64,000 nt of DNA from an uncultured bacterium (GTDB taxonomy: Bacteria; Planctomycetota; UBA1135; GCA-002686595): contig CALSNU010000004.1 in NCBI GenBank assembly GCA_943787795.1, positions 320,001 through 384,000 on the forward strand, given 5' to 3'. Under the pieces are notes generated by a model that worked only from the letters and a program-made list of their open reading frames with translations, was not told the origin of the DNA and searched no databases. A program made the translations under genes and the position numbers. Shown in pieces: positions 19,925 to 29,199 of this stretch (positions within the stretch are counted from its first letter, which is position 1; each line of letters opens with the position of its first letter).

Positions 19925-20235
19925 TTGGGCCGAAGAGGGTAGATCAGCGGGGGCCCCCGCGGCGGACGCCTCGGCCGAATTTGCCCCTGCGCCTCGACCG
20001 GCACGCATCCTGAGGCAACCCTGGGCCGCCTGCGGCCTGGCGATGGTCGGGATAGCTTCCCAAGCCGAGGGCGGCTGGTAACCTGTCCCGCTCGCCCCGG
20101 ATCCCCCCGGAGCGGCCCCCCGCCGGCACGAGGCCGGCCGGAGAGCCCACCCTGGGCCTCCACGGGCCTCCCCAGGCACTCTCCGATCACCGATCAGCCG
20201 CCGCGCGTCCCATGAGCGCGCCATGCCCCCCGAAG

Positions 20236-20493
20236 ATGTCGAGCACCAAAGCTAGCCGCGCCCGCCGGTCGGAGGACGAGATGATCTCCGACCTCGAGGC
20301 CAAGATCCGCGAGGTCGAGTCCCGCATGAAGCGCAAGGAGCAGCGGGACCAGCCCGTTCACCGCAGCTTCACGAAGTTCAAGAAGCAGGCGGCCGCCTTC
20401 GCGCAGACCGCGCTCGACGACCAGCGCACCGACGTCGCCAACACGGTCATCGGCATGCTCGGCGTCGTCCAGCGCCAGCTCGGGGACGACTGA
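20236..20493 (+). CDS. Small basic helical hypothetical protein
   Basis: 85 aa, strong codon bias, coiled-coil-like ISDLEAKIREVESR. Confidence 0.7.
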   Translation: MSSTKASRARRSEDEMISDLEAKIREVESRMKRKEQRDQPVHRSFTKFKKQAAAFAQTALDDQRTDVANTVIGMLGVVQRQLGDD

Positions 20494-20578
20494 GTCTGCT
20501 CCGGGGGCAACTGGGTCTGCTCGGGGCAACTGGGCCTGCTCGGGGCAACTGGGCCTGCTCGGGCAACTGGGTCAGCTC
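20479..20578. repeat. About 19-nt tandem repeat x4-5 between convergent genes
   Basis: CTGCTCGGGGCAACTGGG units with variable G-run length. Confidence 0.9.
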
Positions 20579-21552
20579 CCGAACGACTGAGGGCCTGCCG
20601 CGAGGGAGACCAGGTGGGCGAAGCCCCCTTGCCCGGGCTGCCGATGGCCCCTTACGTCGAGTCTCACCAGGGCGCCGCAGGCCGCCAGCCATACCCCGCC
20701 TCCCATGGTCTTGGGTATGGCCAGAGCGTCCTCCACGCCGTCGGCCCCCTCGAGCGTCACGTCACGGAGAACGGCGCCAGACCGGGCGACCAACCGTGCC
20801 TGCGCGACTCGGTCTCCAGCGATCCAGACGGCGCCCTCCACAGGTGCGAGCGCTCTCGCTGTGAAGGGGAGCGGCGAGGACATCCTCAGCACCCAGTCGC
20901 CTCGGCCTCGCCCCTGCTGCCCCTTCCCGATCCCTCGACTCCTCCCCTCTCGCGGCTCGGGCAAGTCCTCTCGGTCGGGCAAGGCTACACGGTCGGGTGA
21001 GGTCAATCGGTCCGGCAGGGTGACTCGGTCCGGCAGGGTGACTCGCTCCCACCGCTCGATAGCGATGGGCGCGGAGCCGCCCCGCAGGACCCAGGCTTCA
21101 TCACCGCCCGCCGATCGCCGGATCGTGAGGGTCTCGTCAGGCTCCCGCCGAAAGGGGGCGCTCGCCTCGACCCCAGGGAGGCGGAGGCCCTCGGGGACCT
21201 CTCGGAGCCCTGACCCCGTCCACTCCAACCACCTGGCAGGGCCCGCGCAGCACCGGTCCAGCGCAGAGAGCACGAGACAGCCCCCGCCGCGTGAGGTCCT
21301 CACCTCCAGGGGCGCATCGACCTCGATCCGCCGGAGCACGGCGCCGTCTGCCGCCAGTGCGTAGAGGGCGTGCCCGGCGCGGTCCGCCGCCCAGAGCGCC
21401 GGGCGCTCCGACTCGCGGCCCAGGAGACCCCAGCCACGATTGGCCCGGCCAGCCCTGGGAGTGCCCCCCAATCCCACCAGCCCCGCCGTGAATCCAGCGC
21501 CGAGGGCACCCAGGCCGAGACCCATCTCGGCCAGCCGGCGTCGGTTCAGCAT
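20572..21552 (-). CDS. Hypothetical exported protein, possible Tat signal and beta-propeller-like
   Basis: MLNRRRL plus hydrophobic stretch; LWAAD, VWIA, VWLA strands; internal 18-nt repeat (VTLPDR). Confidence 0.55.
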   Translation of the reverse strand: MLNRRRLAEMGLGLGALGAGFTAGLVGLGGTPRAGRANRGWGLLGRESERPALWAADRAGHALYALAADGAVLRRIEVDAPLEVRTSRGGGCLVLSALDRCCAGPARWLEWTGSGLREVPEGLRLPGVEASAPFRREPDETLTIRRSAGGDEAWVLRGGSAPIAIERWERVTLPDRVTLPDRLTSPDRVALPDREDLPEPREGRSRGIGKGQQGRGRGDWVLRMSSPLPFTARALAPVEGAVWIAGDRVAQARLVARSGAVLRDVTLEGADGVEDALAIPKTMGGGVWLAACGALVRLDVRGHRQPGQGGFAHLVSLAAGPQSFGS

Positions 21553-21701
21553 CACAGGCCGCACGTCCACGTGAACGGACGGCGCACCGACAGGTGTCGG
21601 CCACCCGGGCCTGTCACCAGCGCGCCATCGCCCTCCCCTGGGGTCCGAGGCCCGAGAGCCGCCCCTGCGCCGACCTCAGACTCGCCCCCCCACCCCGGGC
21701 T

Positions 21702-21742
21702 CCCCTGCCGCGGTCACCCCTGCCGCGGTCACCCCTGCCGCG
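21702..21742. repeat. Intergenic 15-nt tandem repeat x3
   Basis: CCCCTGCCGCGGTCA units. Confidence 0.9.
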
Positions 21743-21822
21743 ACGCCTCGAGGGGAGCTTGCGGGCGGACGACGGGACACGCCGGCCCTCCGCCGACTCG
21801 CCTGTCGACCCGCCCGACGTTC

Positions 21823-22947
21823 CTAGGCGGGCGGCGGATTGAAGGGGTAGAGCACCAGGTAGACCAGGACACCCGTCAGGGACACGTACATCCAGATGGG
21901 AAGCGTCCAGCGCGCGAGGCGGCGGTGGCGATCCCAGTCCTGCTTGTGGGCGAGCCAGAAGACGCGCAGCACCATCGGGAGGTTCACCACCGCAAGGACG
22001 ACGTGGGTGAGCAGCATCAGCAGGTAGGCCACCTTCACGGCTCCCTCCCCGTTGAACTTGGTCGGTCCGCCGCTGATCGGCAGCACGGCGAAGTGGTAGT
22101 AGAGGTAGCAACTGAGGAACGCCGCGCTCACCACGAAGGCCGACTTCATCAGCGCCTCATGGAGCTTCTTGCGTCCGCTGAGGATCGCCACCAGCCCGGC
22201 CAGGAGCAGCGTGAAGGCCACCCCATTCAGGCTTGCGTTGACCAGCGGCAGGACCGACCGGCCGGGGAGCGGCCACTGATAGTCCAGGCCAGCGATCGCG
22301 CGGGCCCGGGCCACGATGAGCCCGTAGCGACTCGCGAGGATCCGCTCGGCCTCGACCAGCTCTTCACCGTTCTCTCCCTGCGCCGGGTCACGCAGCTCGT
22401 ACCAGCCGGCGACCTTACCGTCGCCGTCGATGACCGGCATGCGGGTCCCGTGGGTGATCGCGAGCCCCGGCGCAGCCTCGGCCTCGTCCCTCACAACGGG
22501 GACCAAGAGGCCCTCGTTCATGAAGCGGTGCATGGCCTCCTCGCTCTCGGAGCGCACGAACAGCCAGCGGGCGGGGTCCGCCTCGAAGAGGTCCGCGTAC
22601 TCCTGGAGCGCTGCGGCGGTATCGACCTCGGGATCGAGGGAGAAGGAAACCACGCGAACGGGCGTCCCTTCGAGCGCCGGGATCAACCGCTCGGCGATGT
22701 CCCGAGAGACGCTGGGGCAAGGCCCCATGCAGCGCACGAAGAACGGGACGGCGATCCACGGCGCACCGAGCAGGTCCGCGCGGGTCACTGGACGCCCCTG
22801 GCTGTCCTCGAAGCTGAAGTCCGGGACGTCGGCGAAGCGCTCCAATGACTCGGGCGGCGGCTCTCCCTGAAGCCCCTGGGCGGCGGCGCTCGCGGGTACC
22901 GCGAGGGCCAGGAGCAGGCCAAAGAGCAGGGCGGCGACTCGGGTCAT
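21823..22947 (-). CDS. SCO1/SenC copper chaperone fused to DUF420 (CtaM/YozB-like) membrane domain
   Basis: CMGPC CxxxC, SLDPEVDT, ITH; C-terminal NASLN, HEALM, FLSCYLYYH, HRRLARWTLPIWMYVSLTG. Confidence 0.9.
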   Translation of the reverse strand: MTRVAALLFGLLLALAVPASAAAQGLQGEPPPESLERFADVPDFSFEDSQGRPVTRADLLGAPWIAVPFFVRCMGPCPSVSRDIAERLIPALEGTPVRVVSFSLDPEVDTAAALQEYADLFEADPARWLFVRSESEEAMHRFMNEGLLVPVVRDEAEAAPGLAITHGTRMPVIDGDGKVAGWYELRDPAQGENGEELVEAERILASRYGLIVARARAIAGLDYQWPLPGRSVLPLVNASLNGVAFTLLLAGLVAILSGRKKLHEALMKSAFVVSAAFLSCYLYYHFAVLPISGGPTKFNGEGAVKVAYLLMLLTHVVLAVVNLPMVLRVFWLAHKQDWDRHRRLARWTLPIWMYVSLTGVLVYLVLYPFNPPPA

Positions 22948-22993
22948 GGTGCGGTGCTTGAGTGGGCGGTGATTCCGTGGAAGCGGCGCCCGG

Positions 22994-23935
22994 TCAGACC
23001 CCGCGGAGCACGGGGTCGACGAAGAGCAGCGCCATCAGCGCGGGGAGGTAGATGATCGACGCGAGCAGGAGCCGCCGCGCGGTCTCGTGGGACTCCTCCC
23101 GAGCGAAGGCAATCGACGGGATGATGTAGAGCGCCCCGAGCAGGAGCGCGCCCACCACGTACACCGGGCCAGCGAGCCCGCTCATGGCCGGCATGAGGGT
23201 CACGGGCACGATGCTCAGCGAGTAGATCACCGCGTACCTGCCGGCGACCCCTTCGGAGTCCGGCTGGTTGGGGACCATCCGGTGTCCCGCGCGCGCGTAG
23301 TCCTCACGGTAGAGCCAGGCGATCGCCATGAAGTGCGGGAACTGCCAGGCGAAGATGGTCGCGAACAGCGCCCAACCCAGGGGACCGATCTCACCCGCGA
23401 GGGCGGCGTATCCAATCAGCACAGGCGCTGCGCCAGGCACCGCGCCGATCACGGTGTTCAGCGTGCTCACCCGCTTGAGCGGGGTGTAGATGCAGACGTA
23501 GACCACCAACGTCGCGAGGACCAGGACCGCCGAGAGCAGGTTGAACGACAGCGCCAACCCTGCGGTCCCTCCGGCCCCCAGGACCACAGCGAACACCACG
23601 GCCTGGAGCACCGTGAGCTCCCCTGTCACCAGCGGCCGATGGCGGGTCCGCTCCATGAGGCCGTCGGTCTCACGCTCCACCACCTGGTTGATGATGCTGG
23701 CCGCACCCGTCACGAGGAGGATGTAGAGGCCGGCCTCGGCGCACCGAAGGAGGTTCAGGATGGCCAGGTCACGCGTGGCCAGCCACCCACCCAGCGCGGC
23801 GGTGAGGAACACCATCGACGCGACTCGCAGCCGAAGGAGCTCGAGCCAGGGCGCCAGGGGGCTGCGCCCCAACTCGGGTGCCAACTGGGGTGCCAACTCG
23901 GGTGCCACGGCGTCCGGCTTGTCGGGCCCGCTCAC
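22994..23935 (-). CDS. ctaB: Protoheme IX farnesyltransferase (heme O synthase)
   Basis: DGLMERTRHRPL, YTPLKR, GAVPGA, WQFPHF, YREDY; GTG start overlaps the ctaA stop. Confidence 0.95.
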   Translation of the reverse strand: MSGPDKPDAVAPELAPQLAPELGRSPLAPWLELLRLRVASMVFLTAALGGWLATRDLAILNLLRCAEAGLYILLVTGAASIINQVVERETDGLMERTRHRPLVTGELTVLQAVVFAVVLGAGGTAGLALSFNLLSAVLVLATLVVYVCIYTPLKRVSTLNTVIGAVPGAAPVLIGYAALAGEIGPLGWALFATIFAWQFPHFMAIAWLYREDYARAGHRMVPNQPDSEGVAGRYAVIYSLSIVPVTLMPAMSGLAGPVYVVGALLLGALYIIPSIAFAREESHETARRLLLASIIYLPALMALLFVDPVLRGV

Positions 23936-25050
23936 GCCGACACCTCCTCGGCGACGAGGGCGCGGCGCGAGAACATGGCGCCTACGACCACGGAAGAGAG
24001 CAGGACCGCACCCACGAAGACATGGGCCGTTGCGAAGGCCACCTCGCCCACGGACACCTCGGCCTCCATCCCGCCCGAGATGAAGTAGATCGCGATGGTC
24101 GCGAGTACACCGAGGGTGAACTGGGCGATCAGCGACCAGAGCTGGAGCCGTGAGAGGAATCGAAGGGAGGCGCGATCCGCACCCCGCTCGGCCCCCTCGC
24201 TCGCCGCGTCGCCGAGGATCTTGGAGAAGGTCAGGACGAGGGCGACCACCGCGAGGGCCAGGGTGCCGTGAACCAGCAGCGCCGACGTCTGCCCCTGGTG
24301 TCGCAGCCAGGCGCCCAGCGCAATCTGGCCGTACACCGCGCCCGCGGTGAGGCCGCCGAGGACCCGGAGGCCGCCAGCGAAGCGCGAGGGCGACGGGGTC
24401 AGGTTGCTCCAGGTCCGGCTCGCGGTGACAGAGAGCGCCACGATCAGGGCCACCACCAGCTGGGCGAAGGCGCCGTGGAGGAACGCGAGGTTCTGGCTGT
24501 TCTCGAGGACCCTTGTCCCGCCCAGGAGGCCCTGCCCGATAATGGCCATGAGCACGACCCAGGACATGACCGTGACGCCGCGGCCTGCCCGCTGGATGTA
24601 ACAGGTGAGGAGCACACAGATGGCCACGAGCCCCAGGGCGGTGGCCCACACCCGGTGAGCGTGTTCGAGGGTCACACCGTGGCCCTCGGACAGCATCTCG
24701 CTGAACGGATAGGTCCACATGTTCTGCTGGAACGTCGCAGGCCAGTCAGGGACGGCCATGCCCACGCGGTAGGTCGTCACGCCCCCGCCGATGACGACGA
24801 GGACGGCCACGAACCCCACAAGCACCCGGCTCGCGCCGCGCGGGGTCAGGAACAGAAGCGGGATCGGCAGCAGTGGCTGCCAGACGAGCTGCGGGTCCCT
24901 CGACCACGCGAGAGGCACGCCCACCGCCAGCAGGAGCAGGAGAGCATTGCGGAGCAAGACTCGCGGGCCGGCGGCGGCCGACGCCGGCACCGGAGGTGCC
25001 TGCGTCGGAGCGTCCCCGGTGAGGGAATCGGCTGTGGTGGTGGAGACCAT
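23932..25050 (-). CDS. ctaA: Heme A synthase (COX15/CtaA)
   Basis: GMAVPDWP, EHAHR, QGLLGG, LHG, GAWLRH, AH; lacks the N-terminal Cys pair. Confidence 0.88.
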   Translation of the reverse strand: MVSTTTADSLTGDAPTQAPPVPASAAAGPRVLLRNALLLLLAVGVPLAWSRDPQLVWQPLLPIPLLFLTPRGASRVLVGFVAVLVVIGGGVTTYRVGMAVPDWPATFQQNMWTYPFSEMLSEGHGVTLEHAHRVWATALGLVAICVLLTCYIQRAGRGVTVMSWVVLMAIIGQGLLGGTRVLENSQNLAFLHGAFAQLVVALIVALSVTASRTWSNLTPSPSRFAGGLRVLGGLTAGAVYGQIALGAWLRHQGQTSALLVHGTLALAVVALVLTFSKILGDAASEGAERGADRASLRFLSRLQLWSLIAQFTLGVLATIAIYFISGGMEAEVSVGEVAFATAHVFVGAVLLSSVVVGAMFSRRALVAEEVSA

Positions 25051-25449
25051 GCGCTGGAGATGGGGCGTCGCCCGCAGGTTATTAGGCACCGGCGGCGCGA
25101 GGTGGAAGCGTCGAATTCGACCTAGCCTTCAAGACGGGCGACTCGTCGCACCTTTCGGGCGAACAAGATACTCGCGCGCTTCGAGGCGGCGCGCGTTGAG
25201 ACACGGGAACTTGGTCTCCGCCCCTCCTCCTGCCCCTTCCCGGCCTCCCTGCCCGAGACCCCTCTCCAGGATCCCCCTCTGGCCCCCAGATCGCCCGTTC
25301 CATCGCCCTTCGAGACAGCGACCGCTGCGCGACGTTGCGCCCCGACGGCTGGGGCCTAGGATTCGGCTGCTGACTGGATCCCGAGCTCATGCGACCCGAC
25401 CTCGGGTTGGAGCTGCTCCGACAACACCCGCCCCGCCCAGGCCCACCCC

Positions 25450-26514
25450 GTGCGCTCCTCTCCCCTCCTCCCCTCCCACCAGAAGTCCGGCGCCAGGCTC
25501 ACCTCAGCCGAGGCGGGAGGCGAGGTCATCACCTACGGCGCCGCTCCGGCGGAGTACGCCGCGGCCGCAGAAGAAGGGTCGCTGCTCCTCGATCGCACGA
25601 CCCGCGGGCTCATCACGGTGACGGGAGGCGACGCGCCCGACTTCCTGCACCGCATCCTCGCCAACGACGTCAAGGGGCTCGCCCCTGGGCAGGGCAACCG
25701 CAACCTCCTGCTCACGGGCAAGGGCAAGGTCGTCCACGTGTTCGACCTCGCCGCGCTGGGCGAAGGGTTCCTCATCTCCACCGAGCCGGGTGAGGCTCCG
25801 GCGCTGATGCAGGCGCTCGACATGTACCTGTTCACTGAGGACGTCGAGCTCACCGACGAGACCGAGCTGCACGCTCCCATCGAAGTGGTTGGCCCCGGCG
25901 CGGCAGACCACCTTGCCGCGGTGGTCGGGGAGCTCGAGACGGAGGGCGTCGCGGCCCACTCCTTCCAGCTCTGCCCCTTCGGCGAGGCGGTGACCCGTAT
26001 CACGCACCTCGCGGTCGCAGGCAAGCCGGGTTGGCGTCTGGAGACCGAACCCGGGCAAGCCACCGCGCTGTGGAGTGCGCTGGTCGAGGCCGGCGCGACG
26101 CCGGGCGGCCTCGTGGCCCTGGACAGCCTCCGCGCGGAGACCCTCTGCGCGGCCGTGGGTCGCGAGGTGACCGAAGAGATCTACCCCCAGGAGGCCCGGT
26201 TGGACGACGCCTTCTCGCTCACGAAGGGCTGCTACATCGGTCAGGAGGTGGTCGCGAAGATCGACACCTACGGCGGCCTCAACAAGCAGCTCTTCCGCCT
26301 CCGGGTCTCCCACGATGAACCCGTCGCGCCCGGCACCCGGCTCACGCGCGAGCTGGATGGAGAGGTCCGAGACCTCGGCGTCGTGACGAGCTGGGCGTAC
26401 TCGTTCGCAGCAGATGGCGGCGTCGTCCTCGCCTACGTGAAGCGCAAGCACCAAGAGCCAGGCACCGAGTTCCGGCTCGGCGACTCCGATGCCACAGCCA
26501 CCCTCGAGGGATGA
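25450..26514 (+). CDS. ygfZ: YgfZ/GcvT family folate-binding protein
   Basis: Signature KGCYIGQE; GGDAPDFLH. Confidence 0.92.
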   Translation: MRSSPLLPSHQKSGARLTSAEAGGEVITYGAAPAEYAAAAEEGSLLLDRTTRGLITVTGGDAPDFLHRILANDVKGLAPGQGNRNLLLTGKGKVVHVFDLAALGEGFLISTEPGEAPALMQALDMYLFTEDVELTDETELHAPIEVVGPGAADHLAAVVGELETEGVAAHSFQLCPFGEAVTRITHLAVAGKPGWRLETEPGQATALWSALVEAGATPGGLVALDSLRAETLCAAVGREVTEEIYPQEARLDDAFSLTKGCYIGQEVVAKIDTYGGLNKQLFRLRVSHDEPVAPGTRLTRELDGEVRDLGVVTSWAYSFAADGGVVLAYVKRKHQEPGTEFRLGDSDATATLEG

Positions 26515-27014
26515 GTCGCCCGCGCGGCCCAGAGGGCGGCCCAAAGGACGCGGCCCCAATGGACGGCGACGACCGCTACGTCTCGCGTCCAGGGGATGAG
26601 GTGGTCGAGCCCCTGTTCGGGGCCCTCCGCTCGGATCCGGATCCAGGCGCCGAACCACGCCAGGGGCCCTCGCCCGGCCTCCTCGCCCGTCTACGCCAGA
26701 TGCTCCGCGGAAAGCCCGCCGCAGGGCGCCGCGACTGGTTCGTTTGCCCCGTCTGCGGTGCGGAGGTTGAGGTGAGAGCCCCCTCCTGCCGGGAGTGCGG
26801 CTCGGACGAGCGCACCGGCTGGTCCGAGGCCACGGCCTACGATGACCTCGACCTGCCCACGCCGGAGGGTCCGGAGATCCCCGACACCTTCGAGGAGTTC
26901 ACGCAGGCCTCGTCTCCCCGCCGCGGGGTGCCGCCTCGACTCCTGCTCGGCTTGCTCGCCGTCGCGCTCTCGCTCATCGTCGCGCGAGCCGCGCAGCTGA
27001 TCTTCGCGAGCTAG
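26511..27014 (+). CDS. Zinc-ribbon protein with C-terminal membrane anchor
   Basis: CPVCG...CRECGSDERTGW; hydrophobic C terminus; ATGA overlap with ygfZ. Confidence 0.7.
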   Translation: MSRPRGPEGGPKDAAPMDGDDRYVSRPGDEVVEPLFGALRSDPDPGAEPRQGPSPGLLARLRQMLRGKPAAGRRDWFVCPVCGAEVEVRAPSCRECGSDERTGWSEATAYDDLDLPTPEGPEIPDTFEEFTQASSPRRGVPPRLLLGLLAVALSLIVARAAQLIFAS

Positions 27015-28054
27015 TCGCGCCACTCGGCGATTTGCGCCTCGGCGAGGCGGATCGCGACCCGCGCAGGCGCGTCATCTTCCTCGAGGGCGCAATCGAGAAT
27101 GCGCTCAGCCACCGCGCCGATGCGCTTGCCGATGGCCTCGACCGGCTCACGACGGCGCTCGAGGTGGAAGATGGTCCCACGCACCAGCGCCCCCGCGTTG
27201 ATGACGAAGTCCGGTGTGTATAGCACCCCCATGTCGTGCAACTCATCCCCCACGAGCATTCGCGCCAGCTGGTTGTTGGCGCCCCCCGCGACGATCTTGC
27301 ATCGCAGCCGGCTAAGGGACAGGTCGTGAAAGAGCCCGCCCAGCGCGTTCGGGCTGAACACGTCACAGGGAATCTCCAAGGCGCTGCCCGGGTCCACGAT
27401 CTCGATGTCGAGCTCGTCGGAGACGGCGAGCGCGCGAGCCTCGACCACGTCGCAGCCCAGGACCCGCGCGCGGAGCCGTCTCGCGCGCCGCGCCACCCCG
27501 CTCCCCACGGCGCCGAGCCCCTGCACGACGATGGTCCGTGACTCCCACTCCTCGGCCCCGAAGCGCGAGCGGAGCGCGGCGGCCATGCCTTGAAAGACGC
27601 CCTCTGCGGTCGCCTCGGCGAGCTCCCCTGGGCCAGCGTCTCCAGGGTCCGTCACGTAGGTGGTCTGCTCCGCGACCGAGGCCAACTCCTCGGCCCCCGT
27701 ATTCACATCGGGGCCGGTGTAGAAGGTGCCCCCGAGCGTCTGCACCACGTCTCCGATATGGCGATAGGCGCGGGGCCAGTCCACCCGCTCATCGTCCATG
27801 AGGACGATCTTCCCGCCACCAGCCGGGAGGTCGAGGAGCGCCGCCTTGTGGGTCATGGCCCGGGACAGCCTCAGGCAGTCGAACAGGGCCTCACGCTCAT
27901 CCCGGTACTCCCGACGGCGAATCCCCCCGAAGGCGGGGCCACGGACCGTGTCATGGATCCCGAGGAAAGCCCGAAGCCCAGACCTCCGGTCATGGATCGC
28001 TGAGACCTGCTCGAAGCCCTCCCGGGCCATGGCATCAAGGACGTGGACAGACAT
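27011..28054 (-). CDS. ldh: Leu/Phe/Val dehydrogenase
   Basis: GPAFGGIR, MTHKAA, GGGK, TGPDVNT, VQGLGAVG, GGANNQL, PDFVINAG. Confidence 0.92.
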   Translation of the reverse strand: MSVHVLDAMAREGFEQVSAIHDRRSGLRAFLGIHDTVRGPAFGGIRRREYRDEREALFDCLRLSRAMTHKAALLDLPAGGGKIVLMDDERVDWPRAYRHIGDVVQTLGGTFYTGPDVNTGAEELASVAEQTTYVTDPGDAGPGELAEATAEGVFQGMAAALRSRFGAEEWESRTIVVQGLGAVGSGVARRARRLRARVLGCDVVEARALAVSDELDIEIVDPGSALEIPCDVFSPNALGGLFHDLSLSRLRCKIVAGGANNQLARMLVGDELHDMGVLYTPDFVINAGALVRGTIFHLERRREPVEAIGKRIGAVAERILDCALEEDDAPARVAIRLAEAQIAEWRD

Positions 28055-28180
28055 TGGCGCGTGTGAGGTTAGCGGCGGCGGGCAACGTGCGGCCCCGTAT
28101 CATCCGGGAAGCTATGGTTGCCGGGAAGAAGCCCCGGGAAGCGTCGTCCTGCCCTCCCCCGCCCCCCCCGATCTCCGACC

Positions 28181-29140
28181 ATGCGATTCCTCCTCAATGG
28201 CGCCCTGTGCGCCGCTGCCGCCGCGCTCGCCGCGTGCAACTCCCCCGGTGAACAGCAGACACCTGCCACCGGTCAAGAGGTCGAGTGGATCGGACCGGAG
28301 GGTCCCGAGCCCTACGACCCCAACCTCACCAAGGACCGGCGCTTGGCCGGCGACATCCTGGCGGACATCGACAAGTCCCTGCAGATCTGGGTCAACATCA
28401 CGCTGACCGGGAACCCGGCGAAGGACGGATCGACGCTCAACATTGTCGAGGCAGATCTCCGTCGAAAGGTCAGAGCCAAGCTCCCCGTGATCGTGGAGCA
28501 GCTCGAGACCGGCCCCCCGATCAACCGTCAGATCTCGGCCGCAGCCCTCGGATTCAGTGGGAACCCGGAGGCCCTGGGCCCCCTGCTCGCCGCACTCGAC
28601 GATGACTCCGCCGACGTCGTCGCCAACGCGCTCCTCGGCCTGTCGATCCTCGCCGACCCTGAGACCCCGAGGATCCTCCTGGCGGCCGAGTTGGAGAACG
28701 TGGACCAGCCCTTCAACGTCCGGAGTCAGGCCGGTCGTGCGCTGCGAGCTGTGGGCCTCTACGACCTCGGTGAGGCAGACCGCGCAGCCGTGATCCGCGC
28801 GGCGAGGGCCGCGCTCGGTGACGCGAACGAGGGCCTCCGCCCCAGCGGAGCGATCATCCTCGCCGAGGTGGTCGACACCGACTCCGTCCCGGAGCTCGCC
28901 AGGGCGCTGATGGACCCTACCCCGCTCGTGGCGCGGGCGGCCTCCCGTGCCCTCGCGCGGATCGGTAGCGTGGATCGCAAGTTCGAGGGACAGGCCGCTC
29001 GCGCGCTCACCGCAGCCCTCGAGGTCGTCGATCAGGACACCGTTCGGCCCGCGATTCTCAGGGATCTCCAGGCCCTCGCCGGGAAGAACTACGGGGACGA
29101 TGTGGAAGAGTGGGTCAGGTACTCCCAGAAGCTTCCCTGA
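28181..29140 (+). CDS. HEAT-repeat lipoprotein
   Basis: Lipobox LAAC; repeated AAALG / ANALLGL / AASRALARIG helices. Confidence 0.8.
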   Translation: MRFLLNGALCAAAAALAACNSPGEQQTPATGQEVEWIGPEGPEPYDPNLTKDRRLAGDILADIDKSLQIWVNITLTGNPAKDGSTLNIVEADLRRKVRAKLPVIVEQLETGPPINRQISAAALGFSGNPEALGPLLAALDDDSADVVANALLGLSILADPETPRILLAAELENVDQPFNVRSQAGRALRAVGLYDLGEADRAAVIRAARAALGDANEGLRPSGAIILAEVVDTDSVPELARALMDPTPLVARAASRALARIGSVDRKFEGQAARALTAALEVVDQDTVRPAILRDLQALAGKNYGDDVEEWVRYSQKLP

Positions 29141-29199
29141 TCGACCCTGCCCGCCGGCTCGATCGAAACCTCACCGGAGTCGGGAGGTACGTCCCCAAG

